A stretch of DNA of 64,000 nucleotides from a bacterium (GTDB lineage Bacteria; UBA8248). The position numbers and the translations under genes are program-made. Under the pieces are notes generated by a model. The model was not told the origin of the DNA and ran no database searches. It saw only the letters and a program-made list of their open reading frames with translations. Shown here in pieces: positions 62,145 to 64,000 of this stretch (the stretch's first letter is position 1; each line of letters starts with the position of its first letter). Where the stretch lies: positions 352,001 through 416,000 of the forward strand of contig CBDBZU010000004.1 in the NCBI GenBank assembly GCA_965213625.1, given 5' to 3'.

Positions 62145-63404
62145 ATGGCGAGAGATAAACCAAAAAGACTTCCTTTCACCCTTTTCCTGGTATCGTTATC
62201 CTTGCACCTGCTCGTATTCGCGGCCTCGAGTCATGAATACGCCTGGAAAAAACCTGCCAAGGTAAGCCGGCCTCTCAAGTTTCGAGTCGTTTCCGTCGAG
62301 AAGCCCGAGGAAAAACTTCCCCCGAATCCCCAAAGTCGGTTTTTATCGAACGCCAACCGAAAAGAAAGTGGTTCCGGCAAACCCAGCAAGACCCCACGCT
62401 TAAAGCGCGAAACCAAAGACCAGGTTCCTTCTAGGAAAAGTGGGCTTGGTCCTAAGGTAGCGTCTTTAGCCCCAGCTCCAAAACCGGAGGCACAGGCTCC
62501 AGCCGTCTTGCCGGTGAGACCAAAACCCCCGGCAGTGGTAACACCAATACCTCAGATAAAAAAGGTGGAAAAATCGGACGAAAGGAAACCTCCTGAAACT
62601 AAAGAAACGAATGAAACGCCAAAGTCAAAGGAAACCGCGAGACTTGCTCCTGTGTCCAAACCATTATCTGAGGGCCCATCCATTGTTCCTGAAACAAAGA
62701 TAAAACCTGAAGAAAAGTCAAAAGTGCGCGGAAAACCAGAAAAGAAAAAAATAGAAACCCAAGCGGTTCCAACAAAGAAGCGTAAGCCCAGGCCGGTGGC
62801 CAAGAATAAAAAGCCAAAGAAGGTTGTCGAGAAAAAGCCTCAGAAGGAGAACAAGAGAGTCGAGGCGAAGAGAGAAACCAAGGAGAAACTGAATTTGGCT
62901 GCATTGAAGCCTGTTTCTCGACCGATTCCACCGCAGCGGCTAGCCTTGAAGCGGCCTAAACCCAAAGACCCTTTAGCGCTATTTCGAGTCAAGCCACGGC
63001 CCGAAGGCAAGCCCAATCTCCCAAAATTCGATCTCTCAGACGAGGTAGCGGACAGAATCGCGAAAAAAAGCTTATCGGATAACGACATGGAAAAAGAAGA
63101 AGGGGAGACAATTTCGCTTGATACGCGTGATTTTCGCTACGCTTCTTATTTCGCTCATATCAAGAGAAGAATCCAAAACGCCTGGATATGGCCTGCCGAG
63201 GCGCAAAGAAACAGGGGCAAGTTGTTGTTGCGCTTTAAGCTGAGAGAAAATGGAACTCTGGAGGAATTGCGTCTGATCAAGTCTGCAGGCGTACGAATTC
63301 TCGATGATTTGGCGATGGCCGCCGTTACCAAGGCGGCGCCGTTTGAGCCGTTTCCTGAAGGCCTCGATCGCAAGACCATAACAGCCACGTTTGTGTATGA
63401 CTGA
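62145..63404 (+). CDS. TonB/TolA family energy transducer
   Basis: N-terminal TM SLSLH, long Lys/Pro-rich linker, C-terminal YF..IKRRI..W..P, S.G..LD..A..AV..AAPF. Confidence 0.85.
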   Translation: MARDKPKRLPFTLFLVSLSLHLLVFAASSHEYAWKKPAKVSRPLKFRVVSVEKPEEKLPPNPQSRFLSNANRKESGSGKPSKTPRLKRETKDQVPSRKSGLGPKVASLAPAPKPEAQAPAVLPVRPKPPAVVTPIPQIKKVEKSDERKPPETKETNETPKSKETARLAPVSKPLSEGPSIVPETKIKPEEKSKVRGKPEKKKIETQAVPTKKRKPRPVAKNKKPKKVVEKKPQKENKRVEAKRETKEKLNLAALKPVSRPIPPQRLALKRPKPKDPLALFRVKPRPEGKPNLPKFDLSDEVADRIAKKSLSDNDMEKEEGETISLDTRDFRYASYFAHIKRRIQNAWIWPAEAQRNRGKLLLRFKLRENGTLEELRLIKSAGVRILDDLAMAAVTKAAPFEPFPEGLDRKTITATFVYD

Positions 63405-63449
63405 ACTGAACGGGAGTATCGTTTCCGCATCTTGGGGTGATCTATTTGG

Positions 63450-63478
63450 TTGACACCTTCTGGTGCGGATTCTAGGAT
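63450..63478 (+). promoter_or_regulatory. Sigma70-type promoter
   Basis: TTGACA-17bp-TAGGAT upstream of DtxR-family gene. Confidence 0.6.
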
Positions 63479-63518
63479 GATTTTTTCGACGATTCATCGC
63501 TAAACAGAGGACTTCCCT

Positions 63519-64000
63519 TTGCCTGAATCATCGCCACGTATGAGCAAGCAAATCGAAGATTATTTGAAGAACATCTTCAAGCTTCAACAGGAATCGTCTC
63601 CTGTTACCACCAGCGCGATTGCGGATTGTATGGACATATCGGCAGCGTCGGTGACGAGCATGGTCAAAAAACTCGATCATCAGGGTTTGCTTACATATAA
63701 GCCGTATAAAGGGGTCGTTTTAAGCTCAAAGGGGGAGAAAGTCGCATTAGAGATTATCCGACACCACCGATTGCTCGAGTTGTATCTCAACCAGAAGATG
63801 GGAATTGAATGGGACAAGGTAGATGTCGAGGCGGAAGAATTGGAACATGTTTTGAGTGAGGAGCTGGAAGCCGTTTTGGATAAGGAACTCGGCTATCCCA
63901 CCCTGGATCCTCACGGAGATCCGATCCCCGCTAAAGATGGCACCATGATTGATACGAAAGAAATTGGTCTTCTCTCGCTTGAGACGGGTCGACCCACAAA
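63519..64000 (+). CDS. DtxR/MntR family metal-dependent regulator, 3'-truncated by window edge (absent from ORF track)
   Basis: Manual translation: IEDYLKNIF..ASVTSMVKKL..IIRHHRLLELYL..AEELEH..DPHGDPIP; start TTG 63519 or ATG 63540. Confidence 0.93.
   Translation, partial: MPESSPRMSKQIEDYLKNIFKLQQESSPVTTSAIADCMDISAASVTSMVKKLDHQGLLTYKPYKGVVLSSKGEKVALEIIRHHRLLELYLNQKMGIEWDKVDVEAEELEHVLSEELEAVLDKELGYPTLDPHGDPIPAKDGTMIDTKEIGLLSLETGRPT

Overview
GC-rich bacterial chromosome segment, mostly accessory catabolic and transport genes. It holds two tripartite tricarboxylate transporters (TctABC), a NitT/TauT-type ABC system plus a partial second one, a Dpp/Opp-type system without ATPases, four paralogous FrsA/2,6-dihydroxypseudooxynicotine-hydrolase-like alpha/beta hydrolases, three M20 amidohydrolases, five small cupins, and an AtuA(DUF1446)-DUF4387 pair. 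Recognisable core or pathway genes are fhs, a probably PPi-dependent phosphofructokinase, a complete 2-hydroxyisobutyryl-CoA mutase cluster (hcmB-hcl-meaB-hcmA), CIRCE-groES-groEL, a TonB-family gene and a partial DtxR/MntR gene. Main items the ORF track misses: (1) an AhpD/CMD-family gene split by an in-frame UGA at the second Cys of CxxC (CDYU, probable selenoprotein); (2) a fic gene bracketed by diverged ~88-bp direct repeats, each holding two ATTCAC(G/T)-N17-(C/T)GTGAA(T/A) palindromes; (3) a second in-frame UGA inside a hybrid sensor kinase/regulator; (4) a 42-bp promoter duplicated 39 kb apart; (5) GTAG-type REP palindromes that supply stop codons; (6) several gene fragments in intergenic DNA. 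A stand-alone AT-rich OLD-family nuclease is a likely defence gene. No rRNA, tRNA, CRISPR array or intact transposase was recognised. All family calls come from motif recognition by eye; no searches were run.
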